Source of the DNA: Elsinoe ampelina
Taxonomy: Eukaryota
Assembly: GCA_010093995.1 (NCBI GenBank)
Contig: ML992516.1
Span: forward strand, 433,413-476,811
Reading direction: 5' to 3'
Length of the DNA stretch: 43,399 nt
Positions 1-10,892 of the stretch are shown here, one piece after another. Position numbers and translations under genes: made by a program. Under the pieces are notes generated by a model that did not search any database, was not told the DNA's origin, and saw nothing but the letters and a program-made list of their open reading frames with translations. Each line of letters starts with the position of its first letter. The first letter of the stretch is position 1.

Positions 1-610
1 CTGGTCCGCGATGCCTGTGCTATTGATATCAGCGAGAAGACTCTTGCACAGTATGCTAGCGAGTTCGAAGTTAAGACCAAGGAGAACAAGGCACGAGAGG
101 ACGAGTTGGAGTCCCTGCGCACCACGAACACTGCCCTCTCATCCAAGCTCCGCTCTCTCGAGGCTCGCGTTCAGCAGCAAGACAACGATCACGTCGGTAT
201 CGCTTCCGAGCTCATCAAGACGAAAGTCGAGAATCAGTCACTGGCCGACCAGAACGAGTCGCTCAAGATGCAAGTCGACGAACTCCGCAAGGTGGTCGAG
301 GCACAGCCTGGTGAGGTAGAGGAGAGGTTGAAGGAAGAGATGCAGCGGATCATGACTCGCAACATGGAGGTGCAGAATCAGAACAGAGGACTGGAAGATC
401 AGATGGCCGAGATGGAGCAGGAGCTTGTGGGGACCAAGATGAAGTTTGCAGAGGTAACCATCCCTCGTCAAGACACTGGAAGCATTCACTGACATTCCAC
501 AGCTCAACGCAGACTACGAACACGTCAAACAAAAGCTAGCCACCATCCAGCAGATGCTCGGAGGTGCAGCCAGCGCAGCAGCCATCAGCCCGACAGGAAG
601 TGGGAGGTAG
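1..610 (+). CDS. GYP5: 3' end of Gyp5/Gyl1-like Rab GTPase-activating (TBC) protein, C-terminal coiled coil; partial. Exons <1-453, 503-610
   Basis: Frame 1 open from base 1: LVRDACAIDISEKTLAQYASEFEVK...HVGIASELIKTKVEN...EEMQRIMTRNMEVQNQNRGLEDQMAEMEQELVGTKMKFAE; 49-nt intron 454-502 (GTAACC..CTGAC..CAG); last exon LNADYEHVKQKL..GSGR*. Resembles the C-terminus of filamentous-fungal Gyp5 as I recall it; the TBC domain itself lies outside the window. Confidence 0.75.
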
Positions 611-1055
611 TACACCCCGTCAACCACAGGGTCACCACCAGGAAGATGACACAGGAGATACGAATCATGATCGAATTGGATGAAGCACAGTAGTGGATAT
701 GGATACAGCACTTTTGCGTCATTAGCGACTCTGGGGGATAATTGGATGCAAGAACAGATGGGCATACAGTCTGAGGACTGCACTGGCGTTTACTGGACGG
801 TTATGGAATACCGCTGCCTTGGATGAGGCCATGTAGGTAGCGATTGAAATTGCATTACTTCTCCATTCCACAAGTGTAGCTTGACGTTGCAATATGCGTT
901 GCTGACCGAGGTTGGTGCTTGCTTCCAGATCAGGCGTTGCTGCCTTCCACTTCTCGCACTCATCCGCCATAGTCGAACGTGTCGTCCACGGGCGCTCGCT
1001 TAACTTGTCAATCCAAACAAGTATCCACACACCAGATTCGAGACGCCTTTTGGTG

Positions 1056-1860
1056 GAGGATACGGGACTTGCGGCCTGGACATACCAAGCTTGCTGTCTG
1101 GACATGCGACACGTGCCGTCTGGAGATGCGATATCCGCCGTTCGGACAGGAGCTACTTGATCATGGGAAATACTAAACTTGTGGGCTCAAGGTACGAAAG
1201 TTGCTGGGGGAAGATACAATACTTGCTGGTAGCGGATGCCATACTTGTTGGCCCAAGATACGACGCTTTCGGTTCAGAGATGGTATACTTGTGGGCTGCA
1301 GATGATACACTTGAGGGCTGGAGATGAGCTACTTGTGGACCGGAGATACGACACTGCCAGAAGATACACAACTTGCTATTGGAGATACACAACCTGCTGC
1401 CGGGAGATACACAACTTAACCCCAGGAGATATACAACTTGATGCCAGCAGGTATATAACTTGCTGCCAGAAGATACATGACTTGCTGCCAGGAAATACAC
1501 AACTTGCTATTTGAGATACACAAATTCCTGTTGGAAATACACAACTTGCTGCTACGAGATGTACAATTTGCTGCTACGAGATGTACAACTTGCTGCTACG
1601 AGATACACAACTTGTTGCCAGGAGGTACACAACTTGCTGCTACGAGATACACAAGTCATTGCTTGGGGATACTCGACCGTCTGGCGACAGGTACGGAACT
1701 GGTGGGTCAGATGTACCGAACATGCTGCTCTGGAATAGGGTATCTACTCGCTGGAGTTACAGTACTTGCTGGTCGCACTTACGTTACTTGCGGATTTGCA
1801 CTACCACGACTTGTCATCCACGTTCACGGCATAGGTGAGCCGCGTTGACAGGACTTGTCA
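1056..1860. repeat. Degenerate 21-22 bp tandem repeat (minisatellite), about 35 units, consensus ~GAGATACACAACTTGCTGCYAS
   Basis: Directly visible; best-conserved units 1361-1660 (e.g. gagatgtacaacttgctgctac, gagatacacaacttgttgccag); outer units keep the GATAC/ACTTG register but diverge, so boundaries are approximate. Confidence 0.9.
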
Positions 1861-2040
1861 TCCGTTTTAGCAGCACTTGTCGTCCGACTTTGATCGCACA
1901 GAAGATGGAAGATGAGTCGATGTCGACTTGAGCTACTCCATCACCAGACAGGGATGGCTTGCACAATACCACCAGAAGCTTCGCCACATACAGAACAGCA
2001 TGGTTGTAAAGAGGTCGCTGAATTGCTCATCAGGAAATAT

Positions 2041-4247
2041 CTAAAACCTCAAGTCCCACCCGATACCAGGACCCAACCTTGGCAACTCCTCGGCGACGCT
2101 CTGTACGTCCTTGTCACCGCGACCAGACAAGCAAATGACAATATCCTTGCCCTCACCCATCTGCTTCGCCAGCTCTACAGCTCCGAAGACTGCATGACTG
2201 GTCTCCAGCGCCGGAATGATGCCTTCAAGCTCACTCAACCACCTGAACCCCTTGAACGCCTCTGCATCCGTGGCAGCCACGAACTTGGCCCGGTCCTTGT
2301 CCTTCCAGGACGCCAGCTCGGGACCGACACCAGGATAATCCAGCCCAGCAGAGACGGAGTGGGTATCGCTGATCTGTCCATGCTCATCCTGCAAGACATA
2401 TGTCCTCACACCATGTAGCACACCCTTCGTTCCACCGGAGAGGGTAGCCGAATGGCGAGCAGTATCCAGCCCGTCACCACCTGCCTCCACACCGAGAAGC
2501 TTGACACTTGGGTCGTCAGCGAAGGGGAAGAACATGCCCGTCGCGTTCGAGCCACCGCCTACGCATGCCACTACCGCATCGGGAAGCTTGCCCTTGAGCG
2601 CCTGCATCTGCTCCTTCGTCTCCTGCCCAATCACAGACTGGAAAGTCCGGACAATGGTCGGGAAAGGATGCGGCCCGATCGCGCTACCAATGATGTAATG
2701 CGTTGATGACAAGTTTGTAACCCAGCTGCGCATGGCTTCGTTGACGGCGTCGCGGAGGGTACGGGAGCCGGCCTCGACTGCAACGACCTTCGCACCGAGG
2801 AGCTTGATGCGGAAGACGTTGAGTGCTTGACGGCGGACGTCTTCGGCTCCCATGTAAATGGTGCAAGGCATACCGAACTTGGCGCATACGGTAGCAGTGG
2901 CCACACCGTGCTGACCAGCACCAGTTTCGGCGATAATCTCAGTCTTCCCGAGGCGGCGGGCGAGGAGGATCTGGCCGAGGGCGTTGTTGATCTTGTGGGA
3001 ACCGGTGTGGTTGAGGTCTTCACGCTTGAGCCAGATGTTGGCGCCGCCTGCGAACTTGGTCAGACGCTCGGCCATGTGCAGGTGGCCTGGTCGTCCCATC
3101 CAGGAGTAGTGGCTGCGAAACTCTTCCCAGAATTTGGGGTCTGATTTGGCGGCGTTGAAACCTTCTTCCAGCTCTCGGAGGCAATCCATGAGAGATTCTG
3201 GGACATACTGTCCGCCGAACTCGCCGAATCGCATGGGGAGCTTTGATGGATCCTCGGCTGTTGAGAGGGCGTCTAGCTGGTCGGCCAGTCCTGCTCCATT
3301 TGGTACGTCCTCGTCCTTTACTACACCGTTGACATGTACCCCATTGGGTTCAGCAGCTTCTGACATGGTCTCGACAATTCCTACTTCTCTTGTTGTGCCA
3401 TTGGTGTGGTCTCTGGCGGTAATCATCGCGCAGTACTCCTCGACAGCCTTTGGTCGCTCGCCAGGGGAAGCCTTCTCCAATGTCGAGACGATCTGTGATC
3501 CAATAACAACACCATCCGCAATCTTGCCGACGCTGACAAAGTGGTCCCGCGTTGACACGCCGAAACCTACCGCTGCTGGGATATTGCCCGAGTATTTCTT
3601 CACCCGCTCGACCAATTCTGGGAGAGCAGCGTTCATCGTTCCCGAGGCACCAGTGACACCCATTCTCGACACAACGTAAATGAAGGAGTCGGCAATCTTG
3701 CAAAGAAGCTTCATCCGCGACTCTGATGTTGAGGGAGCAATGAGAGGGATGTATGAGAGGCCGGTGTTTGTGCAGTGATTCCGGAATCGTACAGCTTCCT
3801 CGGGCGGCAGATCGACCATGATGAAACCATTCACGCCCGACTCTTTTGCGTCTTTCAACATCCTCTCCTCACCATACGACAGCAACGGGTTGTAGTATCC
3901 CATGAGAAGGACTGGAGCCTTTAATCCCTTGCTCCTCGCTTCCTTGACCATCCGCAAGCAGCCAGTGACGTTGACACCATTCTTCAGGGCGACCGTGTTG
4001 GCTTTCTGGATCGTCGGTCCGTCTGCGATTGGGTCTGTGAAAGGCATACCGAGCTCAATCAGGTCGGCTCCTCCCTTCTCCATACCGAGGAGAATGTCGG
4101 GAGTCTCCTCCGCGGTCGGGTAGCCGGCTGTGACATAGGTGATGAGTGCAGACTGGAAGTGTCAGACAGAGAAATGTTTGACTATCGACCTGGACTCACG
4201 CGCTTCTCACGCTTGCACTGGGCAAAGGTCTTCTTGATCCCCTCCAT
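2041..4247 (-). CDS. TRP5: Tryptophan synthase, fused alpha-beta, ~719 aa. Exons 4247-4200, 4152-2041
   Basis: Alpha motifs [18 protein letters not shown] and VGFGVS; beta PLP motif [42 protein letters not shown]. First exon [16 protein letters not shown] joined by a 47-nt intron 4153-4199 (GTGAGT..CTGAC..CAG). Confidence 0.97.
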
Positions 4248-5012
4248 GATGGATGGTGGGGCAGACTACTGACCAAGACGGAAGAGGCGGAGAAAAGGCT
4301 CAATTGGTTCTGAGTACAAATCGATGTATGCCTGAGGTTCAAAATCGCTGGAGCGCTCCGTCAAGATATGTTGTTAGGATGGGTGACTGGTGTATGACTG
4401 TCCTTTGTCCGGAAATTTTGCAGCACCAGGGCATGAACCTAACCTGCAGTTCCTGGCTCGGACCCTTTATCGGAACCGCCACGTCCCCACATTTCTTGAC
4501 CAGATCTCTTGGCATTTTTTCGACTTTGCTTCATCATTTTTGGGTTTTGGTCCTTCATTGCAGCGACATCATCGAACGAACACAGAGATGAGCCATTCAG
4601 CGTTTCGCGAAGAAGACGACAAGATTTGAATTCTACATCTGCTCCACACGGCGGTGACGCTGGTGATGCCACGCAGCGGAGGGTCAGTTTACTTGAATAC
4701 CAGACCCTAGATCAGCTTGAGCAGCCTCAAAGACCTAGGGTGGCTCTCCGTGGTCAACAAGTCGGGACGCGAGAAGCCCCTCAACAACAGGATGTATTCA
4801 TCGCACGTAGGAGCATTTTACCAGGCGGCATGTCATCGATTGCTGGGCCAAATGATTGACCGAGATCGATGTGGGGAAGTTCTGGTTCGACCAAGTGCCG
4901 AGGAACGTCCCTGACAGAGCCGGTATCGGGCCTAGAATGTTTTACTTGGAGATGGACCACCACACCTTTGTTTTCTCTCCTACTGACCTGGTGAGGATGA
5001 TATAGGGTCATC

Positions 5013-6377
5013 ATGCCGTATCTCAACTCCCAACCTCGAATCCTCATCGCCGGTGCTGGCATTGGTGGACTGAGTGCTGCTCTGGCGTTACATGGCCAAG
5101 GATTCACGGACATCCATTTGTTCGAGGCCGCCGCACAACTGACGACACTCGGAGTGGGTATCAATGTCCAGCCATCCGCCGTACTTATCCTGCGGAACCT
5201 GGGACTGTTGAACGCACTCGAAAGCACCGGCATCCAGACTGAAGAGCTCAACTTCTATAACCTCCAAGGCGACAGTATCTTAAGTGAGCCAAGAGGTGTC
5301 AAAGCTGGATATGCTGTCCCTCAATTCAGTATCCACCGCGGCGAGCTTCAGATGCTTCTACTCGATGCCGTGAGAGAGCGGATAGGAGCAGACCGCATCC
5401 ACCTCAACCACGCCCTCTCCCACTTCGAGCAAGACACCAAGTCCATCACGGCCCACTTCACCCGCCGCAGCGATCCATCCATACCAGCCGACATCCCTTC
5501 CACCTCCGGCTCCCTCCTCATCGCGGCCGACGGGATTAACAGCACCGCCCGCCGCATTCTCTACCCCAACGAAGGTCCGCCCTCCTTCTCTGGCCGCATG
5601 CTCTGGCGCGGCTGCATCGAGCAATCCCCCTACCTCACCGGAGCAAGCATGGTCTGGGCCGGGCATGAGAACCAGAAATTCATCGCCTATCCCATCTCCG
5701 AACGCTCACGAAAGAACGGCAAGTCCCTCATCAACTGGATCGCCGAGCTGCGTATCCGAGACAAGGACGATCCCGACCTCACGCCTCCCAAAGCCGACTG
5801 GACCAAGAGCGTACCAAAGGAGAAATTCGCCGGCCCGTTCGAGAGCTGGCAATGTGGTGGTCTGAGCATGGCTCAACTCATTCGAGACACAGAGAAGGTC
5901 TACGAGTTCCCCATGTCCGACCGTGACCCGGTGGAGCGGTGGAGCTTCGGGCGCTTAACCCTTTTGGGTGATTCAGCCCACGCCATGTACCCCATCGGAT
6001 CCAATGGCGCGTCACAAGCCGTGCTAGACGCAGAGGCATTGGCGAGTTGTGTCTCCGAGAGTGTGGACGACATCCCCGCGGCGCTGGAGAAGTACCAGAC
6101 CCTCCGGCTTCCTCCGACCGCCAAGATTGTCATGGCGAACCGAGCCAATGGACCGGATCAGGTGCTGCAGCTTGCGTTTGAGAGGGCGCCGAAGGGGTTC
6201 GAGAATGTGTATGATGTGATTCCGAAGGAGGAGTTGGAGGGCATCGGGGCGCAGTACAAGGCGATTGCGGGGTTTGATATGGAGAATGTGAATGCCAAGG
6301 CGGAGAAGACGGAGGGTGTGGCGAAGGAGAAGGGACTGACTAGTCCGAAGGCGTGGGTGGCGAACGGAGTGTCTTAG
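5013..6377 (+). CDS. FAD-dependent aromatic monooxygenase (group A), PhzS/salicylate-hydroxylase-like, 454 aa, intronless
   Basis: GAGIGG Rossmann motif, AADGINS (DG motif), LLGDSAHAMYPIGSNGASQA (GD motif); LGVGINVQP, SEPRG, QFSIHRGELQM, AYPIS segments recall Pseudomonas PhzS-type enzymes. Confidence 0.92.
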   Translation: MPYLNSQPRILIAGAGIGGLSAALALHGQGFTDIHLFEAAAQLTTLGVGINVQPSAVLILRNLGLLNALESTGIQTEELNFYNLQGDSILSEPRGVKAGYAVPQFSIHRGELQMLLLDAVRERIGADRIHLNHALSHFEQDTKSITAHFTRRSDPSIPADIPSTSGSLLIAADGINSTARRILYPNEGPPSFSGRMLWRGCIEQSPYLTGASMVWAGHENQKFIAYPISERSRKNGKSLINWIAELRIRDKDDPDLTPPKADWTKSVPKEKFAGPFESWQCGGLSMAQLIRDTEKVYEFPMSDRDPVERWSFGRLTLLGDSAHAMYPIGSNGASQAVLDAEALASCVSESVDDIPAALEKYQTLRLPPTAKIVMANRANGPDQVLQLAFERAPKGFENVYDVIPKEELEGIGAQYKAIAGFDMENVNAKAEKTEGVAKEKGLTSPKAWVANGVS

Positions 6378-6417
6378 ATGAGGAAGAGATGGTGGGTAAG
6401 GAGTATTTACGAGGGGA

Positions 6418-6487
6418 TGGTAAGCAAAAGGTGGTGAGCAAAAGGTGGTGAGCAAAAGGTGGTGCGCAAAAGGCGGTGAGCAAGAGG
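6418..6487. repeat. 14-bp tandem repeat (GGTGGTGAGCAAAA) x ~5
   Basis: ggtaagcaaaa-ggtggtgagcaaaa-ggtggtgagcaaaa-ggtggtgcgcaaaa-ggcggtgagcaaga between convergent gene ends. Confidence 0.85.
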
Positions 6488-6714
6488 GGAATTGTATATA
6501 GCAAAAGTTGGATTTGGTTGCGGCGTCGACTTCTGGAAAGGAGCCTGCCAGCGTGAGCGGATCTCACAGTATTTATACTCAACGGCCGTCATCGTTCAAC
6601 CATCCTTTTCGGAATACCGCTGGAGCTCTCCGGGGTCACTCGCCAGGACCAGCGCTTTGAGCGGTGTCGACAGGACCTCCTCGCCGAGACTGGTCTGTGG
6701 CGCTTGTCAGGAGT

Positions 6715-7872
6715 TCACTTGGCTCCAACCTGTCCATCCTGTTCCTCCTCTGCCGCCGCATCACCAGAAGCATTGCAGTCCCCGGCCAAGGCGGCCATCA
6801 GCATGGCGTTCAGGTCAGAGTCCTCCTCTCCTTCTTTACCTCCATTTCCAACAACACTTGGCTGACCCGCATCATTCGCCTTCTCTTTCTCTTCCTCATT
6901 TCCAATTCCTCCTCCCTCTTGCTCTTCCTTCCCTTTCCCCTCCTTCTTCAATCTCCCCAGCTCCTCAGCCCTCCCCTCAGCCACCTCCCTCCAAGCCCCA
7001 ATGATGCAGCCCAGCAAGAGATTATCCTCCTTCACCTTCTCCAGCTCCCTCTCCAGACGCGCCTTCTCCTCAGCCTCCTGGTCTCTGAACTCAGCCATGA
7101 CGTCGAAAGCACCGCTCCCGAAATCACTTGCCTCGACCAAGGCCTGGTGGCCTCCATGCTCTACCTCGCGCTCGATGGTCTGCTCGATCACCTCGGTCTG
7201 AAGCAGATTGAGAACTTCGGTGATGTTCGCGGCCAGTCCGTCGAGAGTCTGATATGATTCGTCGATAGTGTGGCCACCAATGTAGAGTTCGTAGAGCTTG
7301 GCGCGGAGCTGGTGAAGACTTGTGTGGGCTGTCGGTCTACCATCGGGACGGCATTGATAGGCGGTATCATCGGCCCAATTCTCGGTACTGAAAGGGACAG
7401 GGTCGCCAGCGTGGAGTTGATAGCGGAAAGAATGCGGCGGGAGGTGGGTCGGGACGAAAGCAGGTGCGGGCAGTGGATAGTCGAAGGTGTCGATTGAGGG
7501 AGCTTGCTTTCTGCTGCTGTTGGGAGAGATAGTCGAAGAAGTTTTGTAGGGACCGCTGGACTCCTTCAACTTGTCGAGTGTGAGGACAGGGGATGTTCTG
7601 GAGGTAGCTGTGTTGGAGGAGACGCCAGATGATATCGCGGCGGCACGGGTGAGTCGAGGAGATGATTCGGGGGGTGTCCTCTTGGAGGTGGCGGATGCCA
7701 TCATGGCCTCGTAGGTGAAGACTGGGCCTCTTGCAGTCCTGCTGTCGACGGCTGTGGTCGAGTTCGTGGTTGTGGTCGGGGGTGTAGTTGTCGTAGCGTC
7801 TGAAGTGGTTGCATCGTCCTGCGATGACGAAGGCTCACGGCTCGCTGAGGAGCCGCTGGGTATAGGTATCAT
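6715..7872 (-). CDS. Hypothetical protein, 385 aa; Ser/Thr/Pro-rich N-terminus, coiled-coil/acidic C-terminus
   Basis: Long uninterrupted ORF with good start context (CACACCACCATG); no recognisable domain. Confidence 0.6.
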   Translation of the reverse strand: MIPIPSGSSASREPSSSQDDATTSDATTTTPPTTTTNSTTAVDSRTARGPVFTYEAMMASATSKRTPPESSPRLTRAAAISSGVSSNTATSRTSPVLTLDKLKESSGPYKTSSTISPNSSRKQAPSIDTFDYPLPAPAFVPTHLPPHSFRYQLHAGDPVPFSTENWADDTAYQCRPDGRPTAHTSLHQLRAKLYELYIGGHTIDESYQTLDGLAANITEVLNLLQTEVIEQTIEREVEHGGHQALVEASDFGSGAFDVMAEFRDQEAEEKARLERELEKVKEDNLLLGCIIGAWREVAEGRAEELGRLKKEGKGKEEQEGGGIGNEEEKEKANDAGQPSVVGNGGKEGEEDSDLNAMLMAALAGDCNASGDAAAEEEQDGQVGAK

Positions 7873-8084
7873 GGTGGTGTGAGTGGCTGTGTGGATGCTG
7901 GAGTACCTGGCGAAAGCTGGCGATTATATCGAAGCGCTCGTTTGCTGAGTTCATGGAGCCTTGCTGGCAAACATTCTGGTATGGTGGTCCTTTCAACATT
8001 GGTCTTTGCACACGACGAGTTTGCCGGTCGCTGATTTGCGTAGATGTAGCATGCCATCGGCAGTCAACTGGCACAAGCTTTGCC

Positions 8085-9572
8085 TCAACCTGGAGCCCAG
8101 AGGATAATGAACAAGAAGCTGAAAGGCAGCAGCGCATCCCAATCTATGTAATGCAGCTTGCTTCTGACTTCAGCTTCGATTGTCTGGCATTTCTGGAGCG
8201 CTATCGTGTTGTTTATTAATTCATACCAGCGGATGGCAAAGAACAACGGTGCTCGGACGGTAGCAGCCTGACTGACAGCAGCCCCGGCCATTTCACGGAG
8301 GTGAGGAATGGCGCGTACCAGTAAACTGGCATAGTAGTTGCCGGCGGTAATATCAGAGGTTCCGATGGATGAGGCGCCAGTACAATCACCTTCGAGGCTG
8401 GCGAGTGCATGCTGCAAGGCTAATTGGAAGCACCAGTAGCAGCTCAAGACTGCACCGTCCAGGACGTCGGAAAAGCGGAGTTCATCCTCGGGATGCGCCG
8501 TGTCAGGTCTGGACACTGTCGCTGCTTCATACATTTGGTAGTCCTCTCGCCAGCTATCAAATCGACGGATCAACGCCGCGATGTGTGATTTGGTGTCTGA
8601 GATGGCTCCAAAAGATGCCGAAGCCCGGACATGGTCGCTCTTGACTGCAAGGTCTGGAATACTCACGGCTAGCTCCATCAGAGAATCCACACTGCCCGGT
8701 GATGCAATTCCTGGTCTTTTCCAAAAGCTACGACCGCGTGGCATCTTTGTCCGCGATACAAGCGAGTGGAAGACACTGATATGACGGTAATGTTCGAAGA
8801 GACGAGCATAGAATGGTGCTGATAACTGAGATGCAGAAGCCACTGCGATCATGCCGGAGATGTAGGCGTTCAGGGACTCTGCATCGGTATGATGGGCACG
8901 CCAGATCTCGCAAAGAATCAGGTCGATGGCGGCGGTGAAGACTGCATGGACGTTGTATCTCTCTCGTGAGATCTCGCGCCGTAGAGCAGTGGTCGTCATG
9001 ACCTGGTGCCTTCGACCCTCAAGTAGCAGGGCAGAATCATTGAAGATGCTACCAAGATTGAGCCAGCCCACAGTGTCGTTGGCTACCTGGTGGGAAGGAG
9101 AGTCGATTGTGGTCCATAGTTGCAGGGTAGAAAGTGGTTTCGACGATGTGAGGTATTCTGTTGGTAGGAAGTTGACAAGCCACACTGCAGTGAACCCTGT
9201 CCGGTCAATGGAGGTATGGCTGGGTGATTGTGGGAGTAATGGCCTGATGTCCAGCTCCCATCGTCGTTGATCTGGCAGACTTGTGGACGCTTCGAGAACG
9301 GTTCCTTTGACGGCGATCTGGCTCTGCTCGAGCGTTGAGCGTGGCTTTGATATACATGCCACTTGCTGTTCGATCGGGGCTTTCATGGCGCTATTAGGAC
9401 GGTTGCTGCATGCCGTTTCTCTGCCGCGATGGCGTCCTCGGTGCACTTTCATGACATGAGATCGGAGTGCCGCTCTGCTTGCGGGGTTGATTCCATCTTT
9501 CCCATCCTTGTTTCCATTCTTGACGTGGATCCATAGTAGAGAAGTCTCCGCCGTCTTGGTCGATGCCGGCAT
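8085..9572 (-). CDS. Fungal transcription-factor-like protein (C6-TF C-terminal-domain type) without zinc cluster, 495 aa
   Basis: Intronless ORF; N-terminal basic RAALRSHVMKVHRGRHR motif and helical hydrophobic C-terminal region typical of this fungal family; family call from recollection only. Confidence 0.6.
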   Translation of the reverse strand: MPASTKTAETSLLWIHVKNGNKDGKDGINPASRAALRSHVMKVHRGRHRGRETACSNRPNSAMKAPIEQQVACISKPRSTLEQSQIAVKGTVLEASTSLPDQRRWELDIRPLLPQSPSHTSIDRTGFTAVWLVNFLPTEYLTSSKPLSTLQLWTTIDSPSHQVANDTVGWLNLGSIFNDSALLLEGRRHQVMTTTALRREISRERYNVHAVFTAAIDLILCEIWRAHHTDAESLNAYISGMIAVASASQLSAPFYARLFEHYRHISVFHSLVSRTKMPRGRSFWKRPGIASPGSVDSLMELAVSIPDLAVKSDHVRASASFGAISDTKSHIAALIRRFDSWREDYQMYEAATVSRPDTAHPEDELRFSDVLDGAVLSCYWCFQLALQHALASLEGDCTGASSIGTSDITAGNYYASLLVRAIPHLREMAGAAVSQAATVRAPLFFAIRWYELINNTIALQKCQTIEAEVRSKLHYIDWDALLPFSFLFIILWAPG

Positions 9573-9921
9573 TTCGGTGATAGCTTCATGGAATGTGTTG
9601 CAGATGATTGAGATGCTGGAGAAAGATATTCGAGGCGAGGTGAGCGGCCGAGCAAAGAGAGGATCAGGCCAGCCACAATATCAAACCATTTTCCCATACA
9701 AGCTAGCGGATGATCAGGGGCCTTTTGGAGTGGGTGTCGGTTTTTCCCCCACCAAGAATAAATCGCAGTTCTTCTCTGTGTCTTTTCTCTCTCGAAGGTA
9801 TCTTTGCATGAAACAGCATCCAGTCGATATGACGAGTAGTTGATCTCGGCTGCTTCGTCGTCACTTGAGATTGATATATCGTATTGACCAGAAGCCGTAA
9901 GCATGCCTGGGTCCGGTAACA

Positions 9922-10734
9922 CTATTCTGGTCCGTCTTTATACGATCTGCTGGGGTAACCCCTGTGGCAATGCTGGCACGTTGCCTCTTGTCGTCTTGGT
10001 TGAGCTTCTTGAAGCAGGTAAACATCGGAGATTTTGAAATAGAACAGCAACGCTTCTGGGCCCAAGTCGTGGTCCAGAGAAAGCGCCCACAGGATCTCGG
10101 CAGCGAGATGTCCCCAAGTCACTCCGCCTTCTCTTTTCACCTTGATATCGCACTCAAGCGTCTCGCAACACGAGGCGATGAGGATCCTCACCTCGTTCGG
10201 TGGGGGCTGACTGACAAACATCTTGGTCCAGCTTGGTCTTGGACCATTGAAGCCATTCTCGAGGAATAGCTCATCCGGTCCAAAGCCTATTGTTCGTTCA
10301 GTGAGACCTTCCATCGGGGTCATATTGAAGAAGTAGAAGATCCCGCAATCTCTATCGGGGAGTGATCCTAACAGGGGATGTACTTCAAATCCTGGAACAG
10401 CGCCGGCTGTCTCGATATTTTGTGGAATACGGAGCCTTGCTGCTGGACAAGGATAGCAAGCTCCCGGTGTCCGCTCGTCATCTTCTTCGACCATGATGGT
10501 AGCCTTTGTGTAGTCGGCCCTCAAGAAAAGCTTGCGTTGGATCTGGGGCTGTGCAGTCACGCTTTGCCAGAACGTGTCGACCCGCGAGCATCGCAGAATA
10601 TCTCGCATGGGTAGTGAGAGTATGATGTTGTGTAGGATGAGTGGGTTTTTGAGTGCTTTGTGTCGAGGTGAACGAGGTGGGTTGGATGCAGAAACTGGCG
10701 TCTGGTTTGTCATCACGTCGACGAGTTGCGACAT
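9922..10734 (-). CDS. F-box domain protein, ~270 aa
   Basis: ALKNPLILHNIILSLPMRDILRCSRVDTFWQSVTAQPQIQRKLFL fits the fungal F-box pattern; downstream SWTKMFVSQPP and EGGVTWGHL are common in this family. First ATG at 10734 (the ORF-track start at 10890 is a GTG). Confidence 0.8.
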   Translation of the reverse strand: MSQLVDVMTNQTPVSASNPPRSPRHKALKNPLILHNIILSLPMRDILRCSRVDTFWQSVTAQPQIQRKLFLRADYTKATIMVEEDDERTPGACYPCPAARLRIPQNIETAGAVPGFEVHPLLGSLPDRDCGIFYFFNMTPMEGLTERTIGFGPDELFLENGFNGPRPSWTKMFVSQPPPNEVRILIASCCETLECDIKVKREGGVTWGHLAAEILWALSLDHDLGPEALLFYFKISDVYLLQEAQPRRQEATCQHCHRGYPSRSYKDGPE

Positions 10735-10892
10735 CCTTGCAAGACTGAACCCGATCAAAGTGGGAAACAAATGATGCGATATGGAAGAGTTTCCTCTGAC
10801 AAACTCTGCAAGGTTCGCAAGGGAGATTCCTTTTTGTCTCCAATTGGTTTTGATATCTGCTTTTCCGACTCCTACAAACAGGGCAGGCACGA

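Noticed and set aside
1056..1860. CRISPR-like array or Cys-rich repeat peptide/RiPP precursor (ORFs 1236-1514, 1477-1848, 1511-1738, 1581-1838)
   Set aside because: Eukaryotic context, no repeat-spacer alternation, no cas genes; ORFs appear in all three frames simply because the 22-bp unit lacks stops; no signal peptide or KR/RR processing sites.
4248..5012. Gcn4/CpcA site upstream of TRP5
   Set aside because: No perfect TGACTC/TGASTCA seen in the intergenic region, only partial matches.
6570..6717. Stop-codon readthrough of the 6715-7872 ORF (frame stays open ~45 codons)
   Set aside because: TGA-ACT is not a known leaky context and the length is within chance for this GC content.
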